Shown in pieces: positions 51,961 to 62,000 of a DNA stretch of 62,000 bases. The notes under the pieces are model-generated. The model worked only from the letters and a program-made list of their open reading frames with translations, was not told the origin of the DNA and made no database searches. The DNA is from Octopus vulgaris (Eukaryota), in contig OX597818.1 of NCBI GenBank assembly GCA_951406725.2, positions 27,858,001 through 27,920,000 of the forward strand, in the 5' to 3' direction. Numbering within the stretch: the stretch's first letter is position 1; each line of letters starts with the position of its first letter. Both the position numbers and the translations under genes were made by a program.

Positions 51961-52528
51961 ATGGTGGCTGCCCCCTCGTTATTGAGTATGGCCATTGCAC
52001 GAAGCTTAATCAATGTTGTTATCATGCAATGCCTGTGCAAGAAGATTTTTTTTTAAGTGAGAAAAGGCTGTGCACTGAGTCAATCCCACTCACTAAGCAA
52101 CAGCAGCCATAATCCGAAAAGAAGAACAAGTCAACATCATCAGTAACCACTGAGCCGTAGGTTTTATGTCGGAGTTATCCCAGTTACCTGAGTTACCTTC
52201 TCCTGGAAAGATGCCCTAACAAAGGCTAGGAGTCCTTCACTCCCAATGGTTTAACCACGCGATCAGGTATTCAGTCTGATTATTTCTATGTCCGATTATT
52301 TCTATGTCCCCGCACATGATACAGCCTTAAGACATTTAATGGATGGCCGTTGACTCTCAAGAGTTCCTCCGCCCTTTGACGGGTTTTGATTTTCTTCCCG
52401 CAGGGTGTCCAATAAACACCCTCTTCACCAAGCAGGCTTAGTGGGGTTGCCGGTTTAGTTGCCGACGACCCGACCATGCAACAGGCTGTACTGGGTTACA
52501 TGTTACCAATAGCACTTGAAAGTGACAA

Positions 52529-52567
<39 letters not shown>

Positions 52568-52849
52568 TACATACATACATACATGTATATATATTTATTA
52601 ATTTGCACATTTAACTTAACTTGGATGTGATATTTTAATGATGCAATAAACTGCAGTATATAGTCCCTAGAAATTATCTTGTATAGATTATAAATGCAAA
52701 AAAGCACAAATTATATTGGCAGATGAACTTAATAAACACTTGTGTTAGGACTGCTGTATCATGTGATTTCAGCATATGTTTGTATCTTCAGTAGTAGTTA
52801 CCTAAATGCTAAATGCTAGACCAAAATTTCATCAAATATATATATGTTT

Positions 52850-53310
52850 ATACAAGGGAGAATCAAAAATTATATGCACTCTTGTGTTTTCAATGTATTT
52901 ACACAAAAGCAAGGGATAAACAAGTATGTAATTTTTCTATATAGTCTCCTTCATTTTCAATACAATTGGTGCAGAATTCCACAAGCTTGCATATTCCCTC
53001 CAAGAAGGTTTCCAGTTGATCATACAACCATTTATGCACCACTTTCTTCATATCTTCATCTATGGGAAATTGACGACCTCGCAAGCCATCTTTGAGTAGT
53101 CCAAAGATATAATAGTCAGAAGGGGCAAGATCTGAGCTATAGGTAGGGTGTTCCAGTACCTCAAAACCCAATTGGTTAATAGTTTGAATGGTCTGTGTGG
53201 GCTTGCATTGTCATGCAGCAACAATGTTTGGTGCAAGTGAACCCTGCTGCACTCTTCACCACAACTTTCTCTCACTCTTTCTTCCTGTTTCTGTCGTGCC
53301 TGTATTTCAA
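52850..53310 (-). mobile_element. Mariner transposase 3' fragment
   Basis: LHDNASPH, HPTYSSDLAPSDYYIFG. Confidence 0.8.
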
Positions 53311-53482
53311 AGAGCCAGACTTGACTCACTCTATGTCACACTGAATCTCCCCGTGAACTACGTTAAGGGTACACATGTCTGTGGAGTGCTCAGCCACACA
53401 CTTGTTAATTTCACAAGCCAGCTGTTCCATTGATCAGATCAACTGGAACCCTCGTTGTCATAACTGACAGAGTGCTACGATG

Positions 53483-53535
<53 letters not shown>

Positions 53536-53543
<8 letters not shown>

Positions 53544-53858
53544 CGTGTGTTTTTATTGGCTAAACTGACAAAATGACCATTCCGAAATATAACAATATAT
53601 ATATATATATAAATTAGAAAAAAAACACCTTTTATCAATTCAAAATGAAAAATTAAACTTATCAAAGTATATGTATATATATATATATATAGATATATAT
53701 ATTATATATATATATAATATATATATACTTTGATAAGTTTAATTTTTCCTTTTGAATTGATAAAAGGTGGTTTTTTTCTAATTTATATATATATATATTG
53801 TTATATTTCGGAATGGTCATTTTGTCAGTTTAGCCAATAAAAACACACGCACTATATA
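53536..53858. repeat. Near-perfect palindrome (~150-bp arms, TA-rich centre)
   Basis: tagtgcgtgtgtttttattggctaaactgac... mirrored as ...gtcagtttagccaataaaaacacacgcacta. Confidence 0.9.
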
Positions 53859-54178
53859 TTTGGTGTTATTTTGCTTCAGTGTTATTTATTTTTTACATTA
53901 ATCTTAATCTAATTTCCGCCAGAGTTCTTTCGTCACACTCCTGTGACCGCATCAGTGGTCCTTTGTTTTCTTCTTTCTTATTTGTGTCTCTCCTTACTAA
54001 CCGTCAGCCATTTTGTATTTCTATTGTATGTCTTCATTTGCGCATGTTTATTATTTGCGTCTATGTTTATTTAGTGTGTGTGGGGGGATGCCTGTAATAT
54101 TTGTATTCCGAAATATAACAATATCTGTTTCAACACACGACTTCACATAAAAAATCTTGCACAACAAATATATAAACG

Positions 54179-54210
<32 letters not shown>

Positions 54211-54500
54211 TCCGTAATAATGAAGGGTGAAATTAATTAATTTGGAATAATTATCAATTACACCAAGTAGTCTTCGGCATGTAAAAGCCTCATTCGAGGA
54301 AAATTTAAGTAATACTAAGCAATAAAGGGTTTAGCAACGAATTGCCTTACCACATACCGAATTTAGAAATAGCAGTCAAAGAGTTATAGCTATTTCTTCT
54401 ACTAAAAAGGGAGATCTCAGTAAAAACAGCAATTGGAAGGCAGACACAAACAGGTAAGAGAGAATGAATTGACGGCAATCTATCATACATTTTTAAGTTA

Positions 54501-54607
54501 TCTACGGACGTACGTTTCGAAATCAAGTTTTTAGGAAAGCATAAGAATTAAATATTAAATATTAAATAATTCTATCTTACCGAAACTTCTTTTCTCTTCA
54601 GCGTAGA
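54501..54607 (-). ncRNA. Type I hammerhead ribozyme, core intact
   Basis: Minus strand: UCUACG CUGAAGA G...C GAAA CGUACG UC CGUAGA; 6-bp helix I, long helix II, palindromic helix III, GUC site. Confidence 0.7.
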
Positions 54608-55799
54608 ATACTATAATCATAAATGATTATATATTGAATTTTGAGATACTAGAAGGCACCAACTCAACTCAGTATCAGAGCGAGCTAGAATCCGCAACTA
54701 GTATCACCGCAACTAGTATATATATATATAGATATATATATATATATATATAATGTGTGTGTATTTGTGTATTGTATATAAGTGGGGTGCAAAATAAGTA
54801 ACTGAGGTAAAATGAATAATTTCTGATTTCTTGATATTTTCTCCCTATCATTACATTGCAAGTATTGCCTCATTATTTTATACTGGTGCATCATCTTTAG
54901 AAGTAAAAATTCGTCAGCACAGTTGTTGTTGTTGTTGAAGTTGAGAGATTTTGGAAAATAATCAGGTGACAAGTATTTCTTTTCAAGAAATTTTTCCTCT
55001 ATTTCGACCTGTTTGTAACTGAGGTTGCTAATGAAATATCTGGGTGTCAATTTTTTAAAAAACTGATGTCTAAGATGGGATAAAATGGGCCATGATTAAT
55101 TTTAGAAATTTCTTCTCTTTAACTGCATGTTGTGTAAATATTTTGGGAAGAGAGCCACTTCAGCAGATTGTGAAGAAGCTAAAGAGTATATTTTATGTTG
55201 AGGTTTTTTGATTAATTTCATGTCTCATGCCATTTTTCCCTGATTCTCTTTCATTTGACCTAAAAGTTAAAAATTTTTGTTGCAGTTTTCATCCTTCTGA
55301 TGTCTAATGATGTATATTCATATGTATGAGTTTGTTTTCAAATGTAATTCTGAAGAATGAAAGAGGTGAATTTACATTTCCTCTTGGCTTGCTGATTTTG
55401 CCTCAGGTAAATTTATTTTTTATATGTTCAAAGAGAATGGTGATAATTTTCTGAAACAGTGTTCAGATTGTTCAAATATTTTTAATGCATTTAGAGAAGA
55501 TCATTTACTTGGCTGATACTGTTTTTGTAAGCTTGTGAAAATTTATCAAAAATATATTTCTTCTCAATGTCAAAAGTGCAGTCAAAGCTCCTCATTGTGT
55601 CCTATCATATATCCATCCATCCACACACACACACACACACACACACATAAATAAATAACAACAGATTGATAATATGTCAATCCACTACAGCTGTTTCCAA
55701 CGAATTTTTAATTGATTAATGGAAACATTACATCATTAGAAAATCCCATTTTCCTCAGGTAAATACATGAATCATAACATTCAAAAACATGCAAAAGCC

Positions 55800-56370
55800 A
55801 ACATGCAGTGGAAGCACCCTACCACACATACTCCAAAAAAGGCCAAGGTCATTTAATCAGCAAGCAGAGTGATGGTCTCAGTTTTTTGGAATGCAAAAGG
55901 CATTGTGTCTATTAACTATCTTCAAAAGAGCCACACCATCAATGACAAGTACTATGCCAACTTGCTGAGGAAATTACTAAAGGCTATCAAGACCAGATGC
56001 TCAAAGTGGTCTTGTTTTATCAGGAATATACTCCAGCACAGAAGTCCTTGGTTTCAATGGCTGCTGTGCATGAGTGTGGTTTTGAATTGGTTGATCAACC
56101 TCCCTATTCTCCTGATTTGGCCTAATCTGACTATCACCTGTTCTCTAACATAAAAAAAAACAAGGCTGGGAACTAATGTCACAATGATCATGACATATGT
56201 GTTGTTGATGACTTTTTTGACCAACATCATGAAGTAGGATCCAAGCACTGCAACCCCAATGGAAAAAATGTATGGACTGCAAAGGGGACTATGTTGAAAC
56301 ATAAACCTCATTTGATCACATTCCATGTGAGTATCTTGATCAGCCTATGAACTTTCCTGCCAGCCCTCAT
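55800..56370 (+). mobile_element. Mariner transposase 3' fragment
   Basis: MVSVFWNAKG, YYANLL, PPYSPDLA.SDYHLF. Confidence 0.8.
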
Positions 56371-56842
56371 AATATGTTTAAAGGAATTTTGTGACTTTGC
56401 TGGTGTGGAATACAACAGCAGTTGAAATTATTTTTTACATTTATTCTAGCATGAAATCCTACTTTTCTTCCAAGCCTGGGACTGATAAAACAGAGAGATA
56501 TGTTTAGTTTTTTTTCATGAATAGCCCAGTTTTTGGCAACAAATTAGAGGACAGTACCAAGCAGAGGTACCAAACTAGAAATGCAAAACTTGAATACAAT
56601 TATGGAAAATCGTCACCATCATCATCACCACCAACACCACCACCATCATATCTTATATACTTGCTCTTCATGATCTCACCATGATAATACTTGTTGTTCA
56701 GTGGGTTCCTGTTTTTGCATAGACAAGCTTCTATGATTAATGTTAAGTTATTTTCTACATTGTAGTATTTTGCATCATGGACTTCATGCTCCTTATTTGT
56801 AGAAATTGTTCCTATCAGTGTTTATTCTTTTGTTTGTAGATA

Positions 56843-56897
56843 ATGGAATTCAATCTGTTATATTTGAAATACCTGTTTATTATTCAATTTTTCTGTG
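56843..56897 (+). CDS. Signal-peptide exon (exon 56840-56897): MEFNLLYLKYLFIIQFFC, phase 1 end
   Basis: ttttgtttgtag acceptor, ATG at 56843, GTG|gtaagt donor; hydrophobic N-terminus that joins 61200 in frame. Confidence 0.7.
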
Positions 56898-57308
56898 GTA
56901 AGTAACACTATGTTTCTGATATAAACACTTTTTGACCCTGACTGTCTATATCTATTATCATAGCCAATATATAGATCCAGAGTTGTACAAAGTGTATCAG
57001 AGAATATTCACTATTAGATGAAATGTAGACATGGACATGATTCTGTGATCTAGAAGTTAAGTGCAAACATGGCTAAGAAGTTTGTGTCCCAACCATGTGG
57101 CTTTGGTTTCAGTCTCACGCCAAGGCAACGTTGGCAAGTATCTTCTACTGTAACTCCAGATTAACCAAAACCATGTGATTGGATTTGGCAGATAAAACTG
57201 AAAGATGACCATCATATATATATATAAATAAGACAAGTAAAAACAATAACGTGAAGATGTGGCACATGCAGAGTATTAATAAAATACTCAGAGAAGGAAA
57301 GAAAGGGT

Positions 57309-57344
57309 GATTTACATTTCGAGCAAAGCTCTTCTTCAGAAACA
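57309..57344 (-). ncRNA. Minimal type I hammerhead-like motif (degenerate)
   Basis: Minus strand: UGUUU CUGAAGA A GAGC UUU GCUC GAAAU GUA AAUC. Confidence 0.45.
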
Positions 57345-57607
57345 GTGCCTAGAGGAGGTAGTGCTGCCCTGCGTGAAGAAGGTGGCTGCTAGAGGGCCCT
57401 TATGTCTGACAACAGAACTCTGCACCATGCCACACAAGCATGGGAACCCAGTCATAGCTGTCACACAATTTTTGCGACTACAGTAATGCAGTATGCTTAT
57501 TTTGATTTTAATCACCTTATTTTGAAATTGTATGGATAATAGCGTACTAAATTCTGGTGCCTCAACTTAAGTACCATATTCATTTGAATCTAAATTTTTG
57601 CTGAACT

Positions 57608-57655
<48 letters not shown>

Positions 57656-59768
57656 ATAATAATAATAACGGGTAAAATTAATTAATCAATTAATAATTAT
57701 TAATTTTACCAAGTAGCTCGGTATCTTAAAAGAACCATTATGGGTAAAATTATACAAAAATTCTATAATTATGAGCAGAATTATAATTAGGGTTCGGCAG
57801 AATTTACTTCACCACATACCAAAATTTAGAAATAGCAGTTAAATACTATTCTGCTACCATAAGATATCTCCCAGACATGCTCATAATTATAGAATTTATA
57901 TATATATATATATATATATATAGTGAGAGAGAGAGAGAGTGGTATATATGTATGTGTGTATTTGTATGTTATTAATGTAAGGTGTTCAAGGATGGTGTAC
58001 GTAAGTGAGTGGAAATGAAATAATCAGAAGGCTTTTTGGGGGGTGGTTAATATAACAGATTTATTTAGAGAGAGGGCACAGTGTAACAAATAAACAAATG
58101 TAATTGTGATTTTCACTTGTGTATAATGATGTGTGCGATGATAGAAATAACTATCTGCTGGAGTGATGCTGGCAGAGAAAATAAACAGTAAAAATCCATA
58201 CATTGTGTGAAAGAGAAAATGCAATAAATTGTTTCCAAGTGAGTGTATAAGTAACTCATCAGCATGTTGTTCCATGTGACCGAGGTCACTGGACAATTGA
58301 TTATTGTTTGTTAACCTTCTTGCTTCTAGGCAGCAACTGACTTTTCTTACTTGAATTTTGGCACCAGTCATGCTGGGCAGAAGTCATCATATTCTTTTGC
58401 TGCTAGCTTTTAAAGAGCAGAGGAATGCAGCACTAGTGTGTTGCTATTCTGGAATGAAATAGTTCGACTGCACTGCTACAGATACCTTCCCCCAGACTGC
58501 AAGTCAGTCAAAGCAGCTAGGGATTGTAGGGTGTTAAGCACACATTAAAAAACAAAACAATAGCAATTTGGACATTATAATCACAAGGGCATGCAAGGAA
58601 TGGTCCAGGACCAGCAATAATTACAAAGAAAAGTTAGAAATCACAAGACATCTGATTATAGGAAAAAAAAAATGTCAAGCAAAATATCGGATATTTACAA
58701 ACATATATGCAAGGAGAAAAAGAGTCCTGTACAGCAAAAACAAATGTACACAATAGCAAAAAGGAAGCAGTAGGAAGGTCTTCATAGCTTGCTGTCCAAG
58801 AAGGTGGTCTCCATGAGATAGAGCAAGCAGAACCTGTGAAGTAGTTCAACTGCAGTGCTACAGTGGCTTTGTTGATGGCATAGTCTACTGCATAAAGCAT
58901 GACTGGGCTTCTTAATACATTGTGCAATCAGAAGAAAATACTCGTTTATATGTGTTGTTTATTTTCAGTTCTCTGCATAGACATGTCCAAGGGAGATTAT
59001 TGCCTTGCCTGGAAACAAGTGGGGGTTTGTGGCAGAGAGGTCATCCAGTCATAGAAAATTCTGACCTAAGTAAATGTTAAAATGATGATGATGATGATGA
59101 TGATGATGATAACGATGATGGTGATATATTCTGCTCAATATAGAAGTTCTAAAGAGTGAGAGTGAAGCAAAATGTTGAAAAAATGTGAAAAATATATTAA
59201 AACTCACTTATACAAAGATTTTTCAGGAAAATTAAGTTGACTGACAAATTCTTGATGTCATTAGTCTATGAAAGATCATTGCTATGACTAACTATATCAA
59301 TAATCCTTTCTACTATAGGCACAAGGCCTGGATCTTTGTGGGGAGGGGGACAGTCAATCATATTGACCCTAGTACTCAAGTGGTACTTAATTTATCGACT
59401 CCGAAAGGATGAAAGGTAAGTCGACCTTGGTGGAATTTGAATTTAGAACATAATGGCAGACAGAATGACAGACATAATGTCTCAATGCTTCTCATTGAGA
59501 CATTTATTTTACAACTATTATTCCTCCTGATTAGAAGATATAATATGTGAGTCATTGACAGCAAGGTGATGTCTTAGGCATCATCTATGATATATATTGA
59601 TGTCACTCCTACTTAGCTCTCACATTTCATTCTCTTTGAAATATCCTCTATAAGACTAATCACATTCAATTTTAAATTATATATTAAAAGGAATTTTTCC
59701 ATTAATCCTCATAGTTTTCATTTATTTTAAATTGTTGTCTTTCCATTAGAAAACTTACACATTTTAAA

Positions 59769-61024
59769 TATAGGGTTGTCTGGAAAGTTCTTGCCGATTT
59801 ATAGTAGCTTACCTTTCAACTTATTTTAGAACATGGTTGAGTCCTTAAAATAGGATTTGACTATACCTCCATTTAGAGCACAGTTTAAGCTATCTTTTCA
59901 TGGAAGAAGGTTTATGATCCTATAACCTGTGTTAATTCTGTAACCCTTTAAAATGGAAGATAAGACAGTTCATTTTCGGCACTTGATGCTTTTCTTTTTC
60001 CATAAAGGGAAAATCCTCACAAGCAACCAAAGAAATATGCGCAATTTACGATGATGTTTCTTTATCTGAAAGAACTGTACGGAAGTGGTTCACAAGGTTC
60101 TGAGCTGGAGATTGTAGCCTTATTGATAAAGAGCAATCAGGCAGGTCATCCACTACAGATGATGACCAAATCAAGTCATTAATTGAGAATAACCCACATT
60201 GCACAACCTGAGAATTAGCAGAAAGCCTCAACCTATCAAAATCTGTCATTCATGAGCACCTGGTAATGCTTGGGTACACAAATCACTATGATGTTTGGGT
60301 ACTACATGAGTTGAGTGAGAAGAACATTTTGGATTGCATTTCCATCTGTGATTCACTTTATAAATGGAATGAAAATGTGCCTTTTTTTTAAAACAAATTG
60401 TGACAGGTGATGAGAAATGGATTATCTACTGAAATGTTCAGAGAAAGCAATCCTGGAGTAAGCGACATGTGCCACCCTTAGCCACCCCAAAAGTGGGTCT
60501 TCACCCTAAAAATGTCTTGCTTTGTGTCTGGTGGGTTTGGAAAGGAACTCTGTGCTATGAGCTTCTCCCAAGTAACCAGACAATTAATTCTGAGAAATAC
60601 TGCACACAACTGGATGAGTTAAAACAGCAATACAAGAGAAACATCCAGAATTGGCCAACAGGAAGGGTGTTGTTTTCCAACATGATAATGCAAGACTGCA
60701 CATTTCTTTGGAAACAAGACAAAAATTGCTGCATATTCACCAGATATTGTTCCTTTGGATTTCCACTTATTCAGGTCTCTGCAGAATAGTCTTAATGGTA
60801 AAAATTTCAATTCCTTGGATGACATAAAAAGATACCATGATGAATTCTTTGCCATGAAACCACCTCAATTTTGGGAAGAGGGTATTTTCAAGTTAAAGGA
60901 AAGATGGAGATGCATTGTGCAACAAAATGGTTCATATTTGGTTGATTAAAAATGTAATGGCAAGTATTTATTGACCTTTTTCTTTCCTTTAAAAATCGGC
61001 ACAAACTTTCCGGACAACCCAATA
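59769..61024 (+). mobile_element. Full-length but decayed mariner in the signal-peptide/Ig intron
   Basis: ~32-bp TIRs; TGDEKW, PKVGLHP, D.ARLH, DFHLFRSLQNSL; multiple stops and frameshifts. Confidence 0.9.
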
Positions 61025-61067
61025 ACAAGGTAGCTATTAAACAATATGTTTGTATTTATATATAAAT

Positions 61068-61175
61068 GTATGTATGTATGTATGTATGTATGTATGTATG
61101 TATGTATGTATGTATGTATGTATGTATGTATGTATGTATGTATGTATGTGTATGTATGTATATGTATATATATGT
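61068..61175. repeat. (TATG)n microsatellite just upstream of the Ig exon acceptor
   Basis: Directly visible. Confidence 0.95.
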
Positions 61176-61199
61176 GACTTATATTTTCTTTTCCTTCAG

Positions 61200-61475
61200 T
61201 TTCTCTCAAAGAAATTGACATGGTAAAATTTGTCAGGAAAAAGCAACCAACAGCTCTTGAATGTCTTGCACAGCAAAAAGTTGAATACTGGCAAATCAGA
61301 ACACAGAAAATGAGTGGTCCTGGCTGGTCACCTATCAAAAATAATGAATTTGAAGCAAATGTGCTTTCTGAAAAAGCCAACATTTTAAACGTCACTCTTC
61401 TTTCAAATAGTGATTTAACATTAACTTGTCAGGGCACTGACAAAGAGATAAAATTTCAGGCAATACCACTATATA
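61200..61475 (+). CDS. Ig-like domain exon (276 nt, phase 1-1) of an IgSF cell-surface or secreted protein
   Basis: ttttccttcag acceptor, ATA|gtaagt donor; (V)SLKEIDMVKF...ALEC...EYW...LNVT...DLTLTCQG...IPLY, with two Cys separated by 54 residues, a Trp after the first Cys and an NVT sequon. Confidence 0.75.
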
Positions 61476-61792
61476 GTAAGTACCATATAGTAATCGTATT
61501 TTCATATTTTCCTGACCATGAACAAAATATATTTCTCTAAACACTAACTTTGGGTTTCAGTCAAGTCATAAAATCTGATAGTTGTAACCAACAAATATTG
61601 TCAATAATATTTTAATATCTATAAATTTCCTTCTTATATCATTCCAGTAATATTGAAATAGCAATATTATGGCTGAGATTATTTGTTTGATTTGCAGAAG
61701 AGAGATTTAGTTGCTAGTATGTGATCCATGAATTGTTCTTGGTTTGATGAAATTCACAAAATTATTAATTATTCTAAAAGGCTCAGAAATGT

Positions 61793-62000
61793 TATGTATG
61801 TATGTATGTATGTATGTATGTATGTATGTATGTATGTATGTATGTATGTATGTATGTATGTATGTATGTATGTATGTATGTATGTATGTATGTATGTATG
61901 TATGTATGTATGTATGTATGTATGTATGTGTGTGTGTGTATGTATGTATGTATGTATGTATGTATGCATGCATGCATGCATGTATGTATGTATGTATGTA
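61793..62000. repeat. (TATG)n microsatellite
   Basis: Directly visible. Confidence 0.95.

Noticed and set aside
52080-52510. GC-richer structured segment, possible LINE 5' UTR with an HDV-like ribozyme
   Set aside because: Could not establish the nested double pseudoknot by eye; needs a descriptor search.

Overview
AT-rich, microsatellite- and retroelement-dense animal DNA. The repeat make-up resembles an octopus genome; this is inferred, not database-checked. Most long ORFs are decayed transposons: RTE, CR1-like and Dong/R4 LINEs, Penelope-like elements (PLEs), a gypsy RT fragment, mariner/Tc1 elements and tRNA-SINEs. Two + strand host-gene pieces can be read by eye between them. (1) From 0.5 to 23.5 kb lies the 3' end of a gene built from tandemly duplicated 42-60 nt micro-exons, all phase 1-1. 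They splice in frame into an acidic tail with alternating YxxM and YVNV tyrosine motifs. Several copies are dead or have Y>F or Y>H changes. A GC-donor exon and a short stop exon follow. (2) At 56.8-61.5 kb a signal-peptide exon joins a 276-nt phase 1-1 Ig-like exon, the start of a cell-surface or secreted IgSF gene. Together they suggest a tandem cluster of Ig receptors with a modular, frame-safe signalling tail (inference). Eight type I hammerhead-ribozyme-like motifs of several architectures are also present; the one at 54501-54607 (-) has an intact core. Transposon boundaries are approximate; exon and ribozyme coordinates were counted base by base.
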